A DNA stretch of 64,000 nt from Podarcis pityusensis (Eukaryota), in the NCBI GenBank assembly GCA_964106645.2, contig OZ067053.1; one strand, written 5' to 3'. Each line of letters opens with the position of its first letter. Within the stretch, counting starts at the first letter, position 1. This document shows, one piece after another, positions 49,850-60,775 of the stretch. The translations under genes were made by a program, and so were the position numbers. Under the pieces are notes generated by a model that was not told where the DNA came from, made no database searches, and worked only from the letters and a program-made list of their open reading frames with translations.

Positions 49850-50125
49850 CTAGGTTAAGGAGCACACATCCAGAGTCTCAAGCTGTACATTTTCAGAATT
49901 CCTGGTGAACCCATCTCCAAATCCCTCTGCTTGCACCAATTCAGGCGCTCTGTTGCACATGGGGCAAAGATGATTCCGGACAGTGGACGATCGCATCCAG
50001 ATAATCAGGTTCCAGCGCTCCCCAGAGGCGATAGGCAGCGCCCCGTGAATTTGTCCTCCCCGGTGGAATAAGCCATGGAAGGGAACATGTTCAACTTCAA
50101 TGTATTTTGGCACTGGGTTGCTGTC
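49850..50125 (-). CDS. OGFOD2: OGFOD2 exon 7 (last coding exon)
   Basis: caag|GAC. Encodes EVEHVPFHGLFHRGGQIHGALPIASGERWNLIIWMRSSTVRNHLCPMC...GFGDGFTR...DVCSLT*, including the distal His and the likely 2OG-binding Arg. Confidence 0.96.
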   Translation of the reverse strand, partial: DSNPVPKYIEVEHVPFHGLFHRGGQIHGALPIASGERWNLIIWMRSSTVRNHLCPMCNRAPELVQAEGFGDGFTRNSENVQLETLDVCSLT

Positions 50126-51659
50126 CTTGAAAAGGAATAAGAAAGACCACATGTTATTATTATTTAGAATCATAGAACTGAAGAGTTGGGACTCTGAGAG
50201 TCATCTACTCCAGCCCCTGCAATGCAGGAATCGCAAATAAAACAGTCCATTCCACTGCCATGAGTGTTTAAAGCGGCTTCATAGCGCGTTAAAAGGTGTG
50301 GATGTGGCCCTGGCCTCCCTCACCCCACTGCCCCTTATTATTGAGGAATCAAAAATATTTCCCCATTCAAATCTCTCGGAAACAACAAGAAGAAAGACTT
50401 TGTTTCTCATGCCATTTTGAAATGTCTTAATTTGAAATGCCAATAAAGGTATTTGTATTGTATTGTACTGTATTGTATAATGATTAATATGGGAAGTGGG
50501 ATGGTAAAATGTTAATGAGGCAGACGCGATACTTCTGTCAACTGAAACTCCCTTCTGGTGGGCGTGGAAGGAGGAACTTGCAGGCGGACAAGAGACTTTA
50601 CAAGCTGTTTTTCCTGATGAAGATGTGCCTGATCTTGGGTTACCCCACTTGCAAGTGTGTATAATAAAAAGGTTTTCTAATTCGCCCATCTTGTCCAGAT
50701 CACTTTATTTAAAAGGATCCAGAGACCTTAAGGAACCAGTTTATTTATCTCTCACAACGGGCAAAATAAATAAATAATACCAATCCTTCAGCTGCCAAAA
50801 CAAACGGTCTTGCAGCACTGTAAAAACTAACAGATTCTGGGGAAACTTTTTAAAAATGGGAGGGTAAGGGGGCCTTGGTGGGTGCTAAGAAGGGTTTCTG
50901 AGGGTGCCATGGAGTCCACATGCCACACGTGTCACAAGGGGGGGGGCCTCCTCAGTCATCATGTATTTATTAACAAGTGCCCCCCCTTGAGGCCTGGTTT
51001 CCCCAGCCCTGTCTATGTATGATCTGCCTGTGATGTCACAAAGAGACCCAGGAGGGCAGGAGGGGGACATTTTTCAGCCCAGGGGCTGCATTTCCTTCAC
51101 ACAACACTAGTCAAATGCACAAATGAACAGAGCAGTGAAAGCAAGCCTTATCTTTGCACAGGAAGCTGTTCAAAGAATGACATGCAGAGACAAAGCACCA
51201 AACCCAATTAAACCTATTAAGAAATAGATTGTCCAACCCCTTGGAATGCAGGAAACTCAACTGAAATTTAGGAAACGTTTGTATTTCTTCATGTGTCTAT
51301 AGTATCCATATTGCTATTCGGAATACTCGTAATGGGGCGGGGGCTCAGCTGCACACCCACCTCCCTTCATTTTGGGGTGGGGTCTCTCTGCCCAGCAGCT
51401 TCCCTGCCTGCTATCTCCCCCTCAATCATCCCACTGGCATTGCATCCTCCCCCAGCCCCCACCCCAAAATGCCTGCTGCACCCCAAGGCTTTTTGCACTC
51501 ACCTGGACCCTTGCAGGGAAAGAGGCGGGGCACAATGGGCAGGGGCGGGGCGACCAGGCTGCTTAAACCACACCCCTTTCCCAACGGAAGCGGCATGGGT
51601 GGGGTCAGTATCCAGCACCCCCTTCTCTGCTTCTCTTGAACTCTTTGACTTTAACCCTT

Positions 51660-51924
51660 CAGTGGTGTCCAAACTTTTTTCAAAGAGGTTCCAGATTTGA
51701 TGAAGTGAAGGGCCGTGTGGGCTGATCAAAGAGCCGACCAAAGTTGTTAACCTTTTTTAGAATTGAAGTTGTTGAGCTTTCTTTTTTTAAAAAAGATTTT
51801 ACCCCAAAATTGTTTAGCTTTTTGTAGGATTGAGGTTGTTGAGGTTTTTTTGGATTTTACCCAACCGCCACAGGGGCCGGATTAAACCGACCAGCGGGTC
51901 CAAAACAGACTTTGGACATGCCTG
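51660..51924. mobile_element. hAT-type MITE, copy A
   Basis: Termini CAGTGGTGTCCAAAC / TTTGGACATGCCTG. Confidence 0.75.
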
Positions 51925-52164
51925 AATTTTAAGTGAATTGTGAAATCAGTTTTAAGATTTCGTGGATGATTTAAGCGTATGAGTTGTGCGGATGGCTTCA
52001 TCATCATAACCCTTGTTAAGTATTTCCTACCATACCTTGAACTGGTCGTTGGGTCACAGCTTGTTCCAAGGCTCTGGGTTGCTCTTTTTGTCCCAGCCAG
52101 GCAGAGAAACGTGACAAGAGGCAGACAGCAAGGAGTACATCTTTGTAAGAAGAAAAACATATAG

Positions 52165-52371
52165 CAGGCATGTCCAATGTCCATTTTAGGGGCCTAATCC
52201 GGCCCGCTGGTTGGTTTAATCCGGCCCCTGTGGCAGTAGATTTCCTGGGCTAAAATCCACAACTTCAATCCTAAAAAAAGGTTAACAACTTTGGTTGGCC
52301 GTTTGGTCAGCCCTCACGGCCCTTCACTTCATCAAATCTGGCCCTCTTTTAAAAAAGTTTGGACACCACTG
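52165..52371. mobile_element. hAT-type MITE, copy B (inverted relative to copy A)
   Basis: CAGGCATGTCCAA...GTTTGGACACCACTG, the reverse complement of copy A along most of its length. Confidence 0.75.
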
Positions 52372-53090
52372 ACTTAGGGGTTCCACAGAGAGGGCTGTCT
52401 TCCAGGCCACTGCTTGTTAGCAGCTACCTCTGTGACTCATGATGGTCCAGTAAAATGAGACTGCTTTGGGTAAAAGCATATCGGACAAATAGAAGGATTT
52501 CTTCACACGGCACATCTTTTGACATGAGAAACTCACTGCTGCAAGCTGTGGATATGGTGGATGGCTTAGGTGTTTTTGAAAAGACCTGGTATATCCCAAA
52601 GTTCATCAGCCCAGGGATGGTCAGGGATGAATGAATTCAGCAACATCGAGAGGGCCACACATTCCTCACCATTGGATTAAATGGAACCTTAGACCAAAGT
52701 CTATTGAGGTTAGCATTACTTATTCAATAGGGACCACTCTGCCTCTGGAAATTCCCTAGGAGGGCAGGAGAGGGAGGAGCAGGCTTTCTCTGCTTTTTGA
52801 CCCCAGCAGCCAATAAGCAGAGTTGTACTGCCACTATACATGGAAGTTCCATGTAACTGTCATGGGTCTGTGCATAGTCAACATGGTGCATTCTGGGTAT
52901 TCTTGGAACCATCAGCCCCAGGCAGTTATCAGGGATTATGAGAGTTGGGGTCCAACACACTGGTTTACCCCATCTTTTCTGTTTAAAGTCATTAACACAT
53001 CTTGTGGCAGTGAACTGCATATGTTTCTTACAAATTCTGTGAAATAGTAGGCATAATAAAGTGAAAGTAAGCCATTAAAAGAAGAGGCAC

Positions 53091-53348
53091 CTTTCTGAAT
53101 TCAGCAAAATAGAGGTTGCCCTCAGTGAACTCTTTCCCCAGGGAAATGTTGAGAGTCACTTCCGCATTGTCATAGTGGGAACTCAAATCGAGGTCTTCCT
53201 GCAAAGCATATTTCACCACAAAGGCCTTATGACTGTCCAAACAGCCTCCCCCACAGTCTGGGTAAAGCAAAGCTGTGAGGGGTTGTAGGTATTTTTCACG
53301 CAGAGAGGTGATGAAAGTTTCATCCAACCCAAGTTCGTTTAAGAGAAC
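53091..53348 (-). CDS. OGFOD2: OGFOD2 exon 6
   Basis: gcag|GTT...AAG|gtgcct. Encodes VLLNELGLDE...LYPDCGGGCLDSHKAFVVKY...SHYDNAEVTLN, containing the HxD iron-binding motif. Confidence 0.97.
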
Positions 53349-53979
53349 CTGCAGTGGGTCATATATGAACATGCAAAAGAAAGAGTTAAAGGGGAACCAA
53401 ACAGAATGCAAAATAAATATTTTTTGCAGAAGGGTCAGGGCATTTTGCAGTGGTCAGGTTCTTGCGATGGCTGAAAACTGTTCTCCATTTTCTAACATGC
53501 TACATTCTCTCAATTTGGATAGTAAAGATTTGCTTCTTTGCCCAGTAAGGACTTTAAGATCAACAAATCACAGAATTGGAAGGAACCACAAGGGTCATCT
53601 AGTCCAACCCTCTGCAATGCAGAAATATTTTGCCCAGCATGGGGTTTGAACCCACAACCCTAAGATCAAGGGTCTCATGCTCTACTGACTTAACTATCCC
53701 AGCAGAGGAATGGAACCTGGTTCCATTGTCCTTTTAAATGTGTTGTGGGAGGGGGGATTATTGGCCTGTTATTGTTTTTGTTCTTATTTTTATTATGTAT
53801 TTTGTGTCTTTTATATTGCAGTTTTATCTTGTGAACCGCCCTGAGATCTATGGATGAAGAGCAGTATACAATTTTAATAAATAATAATATAATAGTAATG
53901 ATATATAAATTAATTATAATACGGGGTGAGTCTAGGTAAGCATAATAATAACCTTAGCACTCACCTAGCACTTTGTTTG

Positions 53980-54560
53980 TTTGTTTGTTTGTTAATTAGA
54001 ATGTACAAAATGCCGAAAAAAGAAATACATAGACAAACAAAAAGTAAACTACAACTTACACATATAATAATCGAGCCCAACCCTGTGACAACCCATCACC
54101 TCCTCCCCAACTTCCCTCCACCCCATCTTGACTTCTGTATATTTTAGATTGGATGGTATACATTGCAGTCTTTTAAGGTATTACCTTTTATTTCGTTTCT
54201 AACACGTTTTATTAATGATTTTTGTTTCACTTTACTCTTTTAATCTAAGCATATCAACATGTTCTCTTTGGAACAGTGTTTATCCATATATTCTTCAAAA
54301 CATCGCCATTCTTGTCTAAGTTTTTGGTTTGATTGCATTCTTATGTAAGCAGTTAGCTTTGCCATTTTCATGAATTTGCTTAGTTTGTATAGCCAGTCGG
54401 CTTTTGAAGGTATTGTCTCGCTCTTCTATTTACTGGCAAATACAATCCTGGCAGCTGCTGTGGCATATAAGAAAATTCCTTTCTTATTTTGCGGTATATC
54501 AGACCTAGTAGATATGCCTCTGGTTTCTTTTGTAAAGACACTTTTAACACTTTTTAAAGT
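53980..54560 (-). mobile_element. L1-clade LINE 3' fragment
   Basis: Minus strand gives GIFLYATAAARIVFASK, resembling the C-terminus of reptile L1 ORF2. Confidence 0.6.
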
Positions 54561-54802
54561 TCTTCATGAATCATACCCCAGCATGCCTTAGATTTTTCGC
54601 AAGTCCACCAGGCATGGAACAATGTTCCTTCTTCTCACCTAGCACTTTGGAGGGCTCAAACTACTTGATTATTTTCTTGTGATCCTTACAGTGATCTATA
54701 CTACAAGACTGTAATTGCTATTAACCCCATTACTACAGATGGGGGGGTTGTCAAGAGAAAGCAACTTGTCTAACAGTACAATCCCTAAATAGCGACTCTT
54801 AC

Positions 54803-54927
54803 CCCATAATTATTCATAGAGTTGGGCCTCCCTTTGGGTAGCTCAGATTGTTCAAAGTTCTCTAGCTCCTCAATGAAAGCTTGACAGAATTCTTTGGCAA
54901 ACACTGGCAGTCGGTAGATTCTCTTAT
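54803..54927 (-). CDS. OGFOD2: OGFOD2 exon 5
   Basis: acag|AT AAG...GGG|gtaaga. Encodes KRIYRLPVFAKEFCQAFIEELENFEQSELPKGRPNSMNNYG. Confidence 0.96.
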
Positions 54928-55912
54928 CTGTTGTGGGGAGGATGGGAAATAAAATCGGAAGAAGTTAACACATAGCCACTTGCTTAATCACCTGTAGTGG
55001 AAGAAAATCTCCTTCTGGCGACCAGAATGGGAAGGGTGGTGGTGGGGGTTTTGTAAGTGCAAAGAAAAGCTGGTTCTCTGTTCTTCTTTAATGGGTAGGG
55101 GCCTTAGCTCAGTGACAGAGACCATGTTTTGCATGCAGAAGGCCCCAGGCATCTCTGGTTAAAACTAGTGCTTTTTTTTGAGAGTACTCAAAGCACCAGC
55201 ACCATTTTTCTAGAAGAAAACCACTGGTTAAAAGTGTGGCACTGATTGTAACAACTTCATGGTGGATACCAGCACCTTTTTTCCTAGAAGAAAAGCACTG
55301 ATTAAAATGATTATAATTGGAAAGTCTGGGGTAGACACACCTCTTTGCCCAGGACTGTGGAGAGCCTTTCCCAGTTCACTGGGCTAGATCATCTATGTTA
55401 AGAAGAACAGAACATAAGAAGAGCTCCGCTGGAGCAGGTTAGTGGCCCGTCTAATTGAGCATTCTGTTCTCACAGGGGACAAGCAAATGTATGGGAAGCT
55501 GAATGCAACAGTAATCTCCCCACTTGTTATTTCCAGCAACTGGCATTCAGAAACATGCTACCCCCAACTGTGGAGACAGACCATGTTGTGATTTGCAACA
55601 CTTTTACAATGGGAACCTTCCGAAGTAAAAACCAGTAAAAAAAATTCTCCTGCATCTTTTCAAACCGAAACCAAAGAGGCTATTTAGACAACATGGAGCA
55701 TGTAGTCATTTCCTTTTGCAGAGTAGGAAACAACCTTTTAAAAGCCAGCACCTTCCAGGCATCTTTTTAAACATGAAGGTAATATGTATACCACTAATTC
55801 CCTCCAAGAATACAAACTGCACATATGCTTAACCTATATTTCAAAAATAATTAATATGGGCAGCCCCTTACCATGTACACATATTGCTGATAAATTAATC
55901 CAGTCTCCCCAC

Positions 55913-56012
55913 CTGATATTGATTCCACACGGTCCAAGAGGCCTTGAAGATCAGCACCTTTGGATGCGCAGTATCTGACCGTTTCTAAAAATTCTGGTGC
56001 AAGAAATGATTC
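55913..56012 (-). CDS. OGFOD2: OGFOD2 exon 4
   Basis: ctag|GAA...TCA G|gtgggg. Encodes ESFLAPEFLETVRYCASKGADLQGLLDRVESIS. Confidence 0.94.
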
Positions 56013-56503
56013 CTAGCATTGGAAGAGGAGAGGAGGGTGGGAAAAAATTATTTTCACACACACACAAGATACCTCCATTTAACCTGTTTTTAATGTGCTT
56101 CAACTTTAATTTTGTTCTTGGACAGAGTGAATAATGGCGGCTGGCGCAGAATTAACCATGAGGAGGAGGAGTGGGGTTGCAAAGGTGTACACCTCTCTTT
56201 ACATGACACTCTACCCCGCCCAGGACAAATTCCCAAAAGGGGGTGCAAGTTCCATGCAGGGCTGAGTAAGATTAGCACTGTGTGCCTCGTAGAAAAATTG
56301 CTTTTGGACAATGCTTGTGACAACTCTTTTTCTTATTTGTGCTGCTAAAAGTACAGGCAGAGTCTTGTCCACTCCCCAGTGAGGAAGCCCCTTCCCAGAG
56401 GAATGGTGTCAGCTGAAAATGGGCTACTACTCAGCAACTATTTCTAATGAAAATAAAAAAAATCCTTCCAGTAGCACCTTTAAGACCAACTAAGTTAGTT
56501 CTT

Positions 56504-56543
56504 GGTATGAGCTTTCGTGTGCAAGCACACTTCTTCAGATACC
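56504..56543 (-). ncRNA. Minimal type I hammerhead ribozyme motif (sense to OGFOD2 pre-mRNA)
   Basis: Minus strand reads GGTAT-CTGAAGA-A-GTGTG-CTTG-CACAC-GAAA-GC-TC^ATACC. Confidence 0.8.
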
Positions 56544-56663
56544 TGAAGAAGTGTGCTTGCACACGAAAGCTCATACCAAGAACTAACTTAGTTGGTCTTA
56601 AAGGTGCTACTGGAAGGATTTTTTTTATTTTGATTATGGCAGACCAACACGGCTACCTATCTA

Positions 56664-56703
56664 GGTATCTGAAGAAGTGTGCTTGCACACGAAAGCTCAT
56701 ACC
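56664..56703 (+). ncRNA. Minimal type I hammerhead ribozyme motif; predicted cut after 56698
   Basis: Stem I GGTAT/ATACC, core CUGAAGA(+A), stem II GTGTG/CACAC, GAAA, palindromic AGCU and cleavage triplet CUC. Confidence 0.82.
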
Positions 56704-56789
56704 AAGAACTAACTTAGTTGGTCTTAAAGGTGCTACTGGAAGGATTTTTTTAATTTTGATTATGGCAGACCAACACGGCTACCTATCTA

Positions 56790-56829
56790 GGTATCTGAAG
56801 AAGTGTGCTTGCACACGAAAGCTCATACC
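56790..56829 (+). ncRNA. Minimal type I hammerhead ribozyme motif; predicted cut after 56824
   Basis: Identical 40-mer, 126 nt downstream of the previous one. Confidence 0.82.
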
Positions 56830-56915
56830 AAGAACTAACTTAGTTGGTCTTAAAGGTGCTACTGGAAGGATTTTTTTTATTTTGATTATGGCAGACCAAC
56901 ACGGCTACCTATCTA

Positions 56916-56955
56916 GGTATCTGAAGAAGTGTGCTTGCACACGAAAGCTCATACC
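56916..56955 (+). ncRNA. Minimal type I hammerhead ribozyme motif; predicted cut after 56950
   Basis: Identical 40-mer, another 126 nt downstream. Confidence 0.82.
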
Positions 56956-57512
56956 AAGAACTAACTTAGTTGGTCTTAAAGGTGCTACTGGAAGGATTTT
57001 TTTTATTTTGATTATGGCAGACCAACACGGCTACCTATCTGTATTTCTAATGAACAATTCTGAATTCTGAATCTGCACTTTTTAAATTTATTTTTTGCTG
57101 AACTGTTTTGGTTTTGCTTTGCTGATACATTAGCCTTTGTTGATATTATTAAATGGAGGGAAAGTGTGATTTTTTTCTCAATGTTTTGTTGTTGTTTTAA
57201 GCTGCATTGAGAATAAACCTTGCTACTGAAAAAGCAGCATACAAATATTAAATCAAAATTTACCCCTCTCCATTAACTGTGCCCCATTAACCACAGTATA
57301 TCAGCACCAACATTAGCCCGTGTGTTAAGAGTATGCAGGTCCCATTTTATCCAGTGATAGCTAAGCATCTTCAAGTCTGCACCAACTTGCAGGAGTATAG
57401 ACTCCGACCCTCCTGCTAAACTGTTGTACGGAAATGTCACCAGAGTAGAGGCCATTCCTAAACTATCTCTAGCTATGGACTTGCATGCAAATCGAAGAAA
57501 CAAGTTCTTTAC

Positions 57513-57623
57513 CTGTAAAGTATACAGTTGAGGATGCTTTGGCTTGTATTTCAGGGAAATTATTGCTTTCCTTTCCCTAGAGCGGCACTCTAATTCCTTT
57601 CTCCTCTGGACTTCTTTTTCAAC
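57513..57623 (-). CDS. OGFOD2: OGFOD2 exon 3
   Basis: ctag|GTT...CAG|gtaaag. Encodes VEKEVQRRKELECRSRERKAIISLKYKPKHPQLYTLQ. Confidence 0.93.
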
Positions 57624-57876
57624 CTAGGAAAATTCATTCTGAAGCTGAAAGGCTGTAACTCAGTGTAGAATACCTGATTTACATGCAAAGAATTCTAAGC
57701 TCAATGCCTAGTCAGTCAATGTAAACCAGAGGTGAGGAGGGGAACCTTTCTCAGCCCATGGGCAACCCTCCTGAGACCACATATCAGTCATGGGCCAGAC
57801 CAGAGACTAAAGTGAGTGATCATACAAGAAGCTGCATTCCAGCCATGCAAAAGTCAGATGTTTACATAGTCTAGTA

Positions 57877-58095
57877 CAGGAGTGCCCAACTCTCAAGAGA
57901 CTGTGATCTATTCACAGAGTTAAAAACTGGCAGTGATCTACCCCCTTCTGGGGGGTTCAGGTCAAAGGTTGAGATTTTTAGGGAGGAGGAAAAGTTGTTG
58001 AGCTTCTTTGGGGGGAGCCAGTGATCTACCAGTGATCTACCACAGACTTCCAGTGATCTACCAGTAGATCACGATTTACCTGTTGGACGTGCCTG
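57877..58095. mobile_element. hAT-type MITE with internal cagtgatctac repeats
   Basis: Termini CAGGAGTGCCCAAC / GTTGGACGTGCCTG. TSD not clear. Confidence 0.6.
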
Positions 58096-58738
58096 GATAT
58101 ACATCTTTCCATCTAGGCCCCCAGGCTATGGGTTCTGAACCTCTGGTGTAGACAGTAGGGAGTTAGGTGGACCAAAGGTCTGATTCAGTACAAGGCAGCT
58201 TATGGAGATGTATCACTCTGGTCTTCACCATGTTTGGGTGGATAGGTCCAGGCTCCATATTTAAGCAACAGAAATGCCAGGGCTGTGTAATCAATATTAT
58301 TTATACATGTTTAGCCCACCTCTGTGCACTTTTATTCAGAAGCAAACCCTATGAGTTCTATAGAGTTCATGAGGTCCCTGTGTATAGGACTGCAGTCTAC
58401 AGAGCGCTCTGAAACCTGGATTATGTCACTGGAATATTCTGCATATCAATGCAAAGGCTGTCTCTGGCTGTTTACATATTTACTACAAAGCCAATCCTGA
58501 GACCATATGTAACTGTTTTTACCCACTTCCTCTGGAGAGAAGAGCTGAGAACCTGACCTGTATCACCAACCATCTGGGGCCAGAAGCAGCGGCTCTCCCC
58601 TGGCCTCCATTACACATCTGTGTGAATTTTAATTGGTAGCTATTGGTAGCCAAACCTGGTTGAAAAGCACAGCATAAAGTATAGCATGTACACAAGATCA
58701 GACTGTTAGTTCTCTCACATCAAAGCCAGGTACAGTAC

Positions 58739-58795
58739 CTCTTGGACTACTGCCTCAAATTCTTCCACGCTTCTGCAGCCCCGTTGTCTTAATAC
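58739..58795 (-). CDS. OGFOD2: OGFOD2 exon 2
   Basis: acag|GTA...GAG|gtactg. Encodes VLRQRGCRSVEEFEAVVQE. Confidence 0.92.
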
Positions 58796-59647
58796 CTGTA
58801 GGATAGAGCGATGCTGAGTTTGTACGTGTGATACACGTTTTTGTTTTATACTTTACAGTCCCAGTCCTTCCACACCAATGCCGCTATGGTCTAGACAAGC
58901 ATGGGACTGTCCCTGAAATTAACCCACAAGACTCACATAGGCCAGAGGCAAGACCTCTTTCTGTACCTCTCCAGATACAGTAGGGTTTTTTGTTTTTAAA
59001 AGGCACACCAGTCTGGATAAAATTAAAGCAACAGTAGTCTCTGATGTGTACCCATTTTTTGTACTTAAACACTGTTGGTGAAGGCTTTGTATGCTCACTC
59101 AGAAGTAAACCCCATTCAGCTCAATAGGACTTCCTATAGGATTAAAACCCAATTCTCCTCTTTCTTTTAACCTGGAAGAAAGCCCTGTGAAGATGTTTCT
59201 TTACTATGGCCATTTCAACATAGGGGGTTGCTTACTATTTATATGTACTTGCTATTGTATTTGCTTCATTTTGAGAACTTTTTTAAAACTCTAAAACACA
59301 GTACTGTAACTGTAAGCAGCTCTGCAGTACAATCCTAAACGTGTTTACTTTTTAGTCAGGAAAAAAGTTCACTGGGATCAGAGGGATTTACTCCCTAAAG
59401 TGTGCGAATTGAGACTGCCATCCTCTCCCCACGTACCTGGAAGTAAGCCTCATTGGATCCAATGGGGCTTACTTCTGAGTTAGCACTGCATTGTTAGGAG
59501 TCAGGTAATAAGCGTGCTATCCCCCCGCCCCTGCTTTCGTTGCGTGTAGGGAATTATGACTCCAATCCGGATTAACGATGGGAGAGGAGGGTGCGCGTGT
59601 ATAAAGTCTCTGCTCTCCAGAAAACGTCCACGGCGCTATGTATTTAC

Positions 59648-59791
59648 CGGTCCATAATCCCTCCGCAGCTGCTCCGGATCCCCGTGGTAGCGGAGGTGAA
59701 GCCCATACCGCGGCACGAACAGGTTGTCGGTGAAGAAGCAGGCGCAGGCCAGGAACGGCCCTGGCCTCGGCCGCATACCGCTGGGCTCCAT
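59648..59791 (-). CDS. OGFOD2: OGFOD2 exon 1
   Basis: MEPSGMRPRPGPFLACACFFTDNLFVPRYGLHLRYHGDPEQLRRDYGP|gtaaat. The seven exons sum to 1071 nt, giving 356 aa plus stop. Confidence 0.93.
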
Positions 59792-60010
59792 GATTCCAGC
59801 CGGACCCCGAAGAGGAACGGAACAGATCTCCAGGGGCAACGGGTCCGTCGGCGAAAACGCCCCGGTAGGAAACGAGCGCTCTCCTTAAGGGAGCGTCGAC
59901 GAATTACACTGAGACTTGTAGGAAGGAAGAATGAATGAAACCTGTTACTACCTCGCCCCAAACCCAAGCTGTCTGTTTCCCCACAGTAGCCTATCGGGCG
60001 CCCTCAGAAA
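59792..60010. promoter_or_regulatory. CpG-rich OGFOD2 5' UTR/promoter, possibly shared with the divergent GIN2
   Basis: Local CpG cluster immediately upstream of the OGFOD2 ATG. Confidence 0.55.
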
Positions 60011-60436
60011 GCGCACAGGCAGGGCATGAAGGCAATAGAGCCGTATGGCACAGCAGTTTTGTTCCCCACTGTGGGGTAGGCTGTGCCTGCATATGGAGGT
60101 TCCATTTCTATACTGTCACGTGGCTAGTAAGAATTAAAAAAGAGCTCCGCATAGCCCAGCAACTTGTCTACCTCAGTGGCTGACCAGTTGCCACTGGGAA
60201 GCCACAGGCAATAGACCTCTTTTTCTTTTGTTGCTCTCCCTGACTGTCACTCAGAAGGACACTGCCTCTGAACATATGGCTGTGGTAGCCAGTGACAGCT
60301 GAATTATCGCTTTTAAAAGCCACCTAATGACCACGACCGCATATTGTGATAGTCAGTTTCACTGAGCAATGTACAAACATGCAAACATTTAAGAGTTAGA
60401 AGCGAAAGAACATTTCCCTCCAGCCATATCCATATA

Positions 60437-60678
60437 CAGTGGTACCTCGGGTTACATACGCTTCAGGTTACAGACGCTTCAGGTTACAGACTCTGCTAAC
60501 CCAGAAATAGTGCTTCAGGTTAAGAACTTTGCTTCAGGATGAGAACAGAAATCGTGCTCTGGCGGTGCGGCAGCAGCGGGAGGCCCCATTAGCTAAAGTG
60601 GTGCTTCAAGTTAAGAACAGTTTCAGGTTAAGAACGGACCCCTGGAACCAATTAAGGACTTAACCTGAGGTACCACTG
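60437..60678. mobile_element. Tc1/mariner-type MITE
   Basis: TIRs CAGTGGTACCTCGGGTTA / TAACCTGAGGTACCACTG with TA TSD. Confidence 0.9.
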
Positions 60679-60699
60679 TACTGTATATCTCAGGGTAAC

Positions 60700-60775
60700 A
60701 CTTCATGCATCTAGTGTAGTGGTCCAGAAATGCTTATGCCTTAATAAATTTGTTAAAGTCACCACAAGATTCTTG
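60700..60775 (+). repeat. Probable decayed Penelope-like terminal repeat
   Basis: atgcatct..gtagtgg..GAAAtgcttatgcc..aataaatttgtta..ccacaaga follows the usual reptile PLE end, with the hammerhead core eroded. Confidence 0.4.

Larger units (their letters stand above)
56450..57041 (+). mobile_element. Penelope-like (PLE) terminal-repeat insertion: one inverted partial unit plus four tandem 126-nt units
   Basis: Perfect 89-bp inverted arms at 56450-56538 and 56543-56631 with loop ATAC. Units start at 56543, 56669, 56795 and 56921. TSD TATTTCTAATG(AA) at 56439-56449 and 57042-57052. Confidence 0.88.

Noticed and set aside
50614-50650. CTGATGA as another hammerhead core
   Set aside because: No stem II or GAAA follows.
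56543-57040. CRISPR-like array
   Set aside because: Units are identical end to end with no unique spacers, there are no cas genes, and the DNA is vertebrate.
56447-57070. 207-aa ORF as a protein-coding gene
   Set aside because: It results from a 126-nt repeat with no stop in one frame, lies antisense in an intron and has no recognisable domain.
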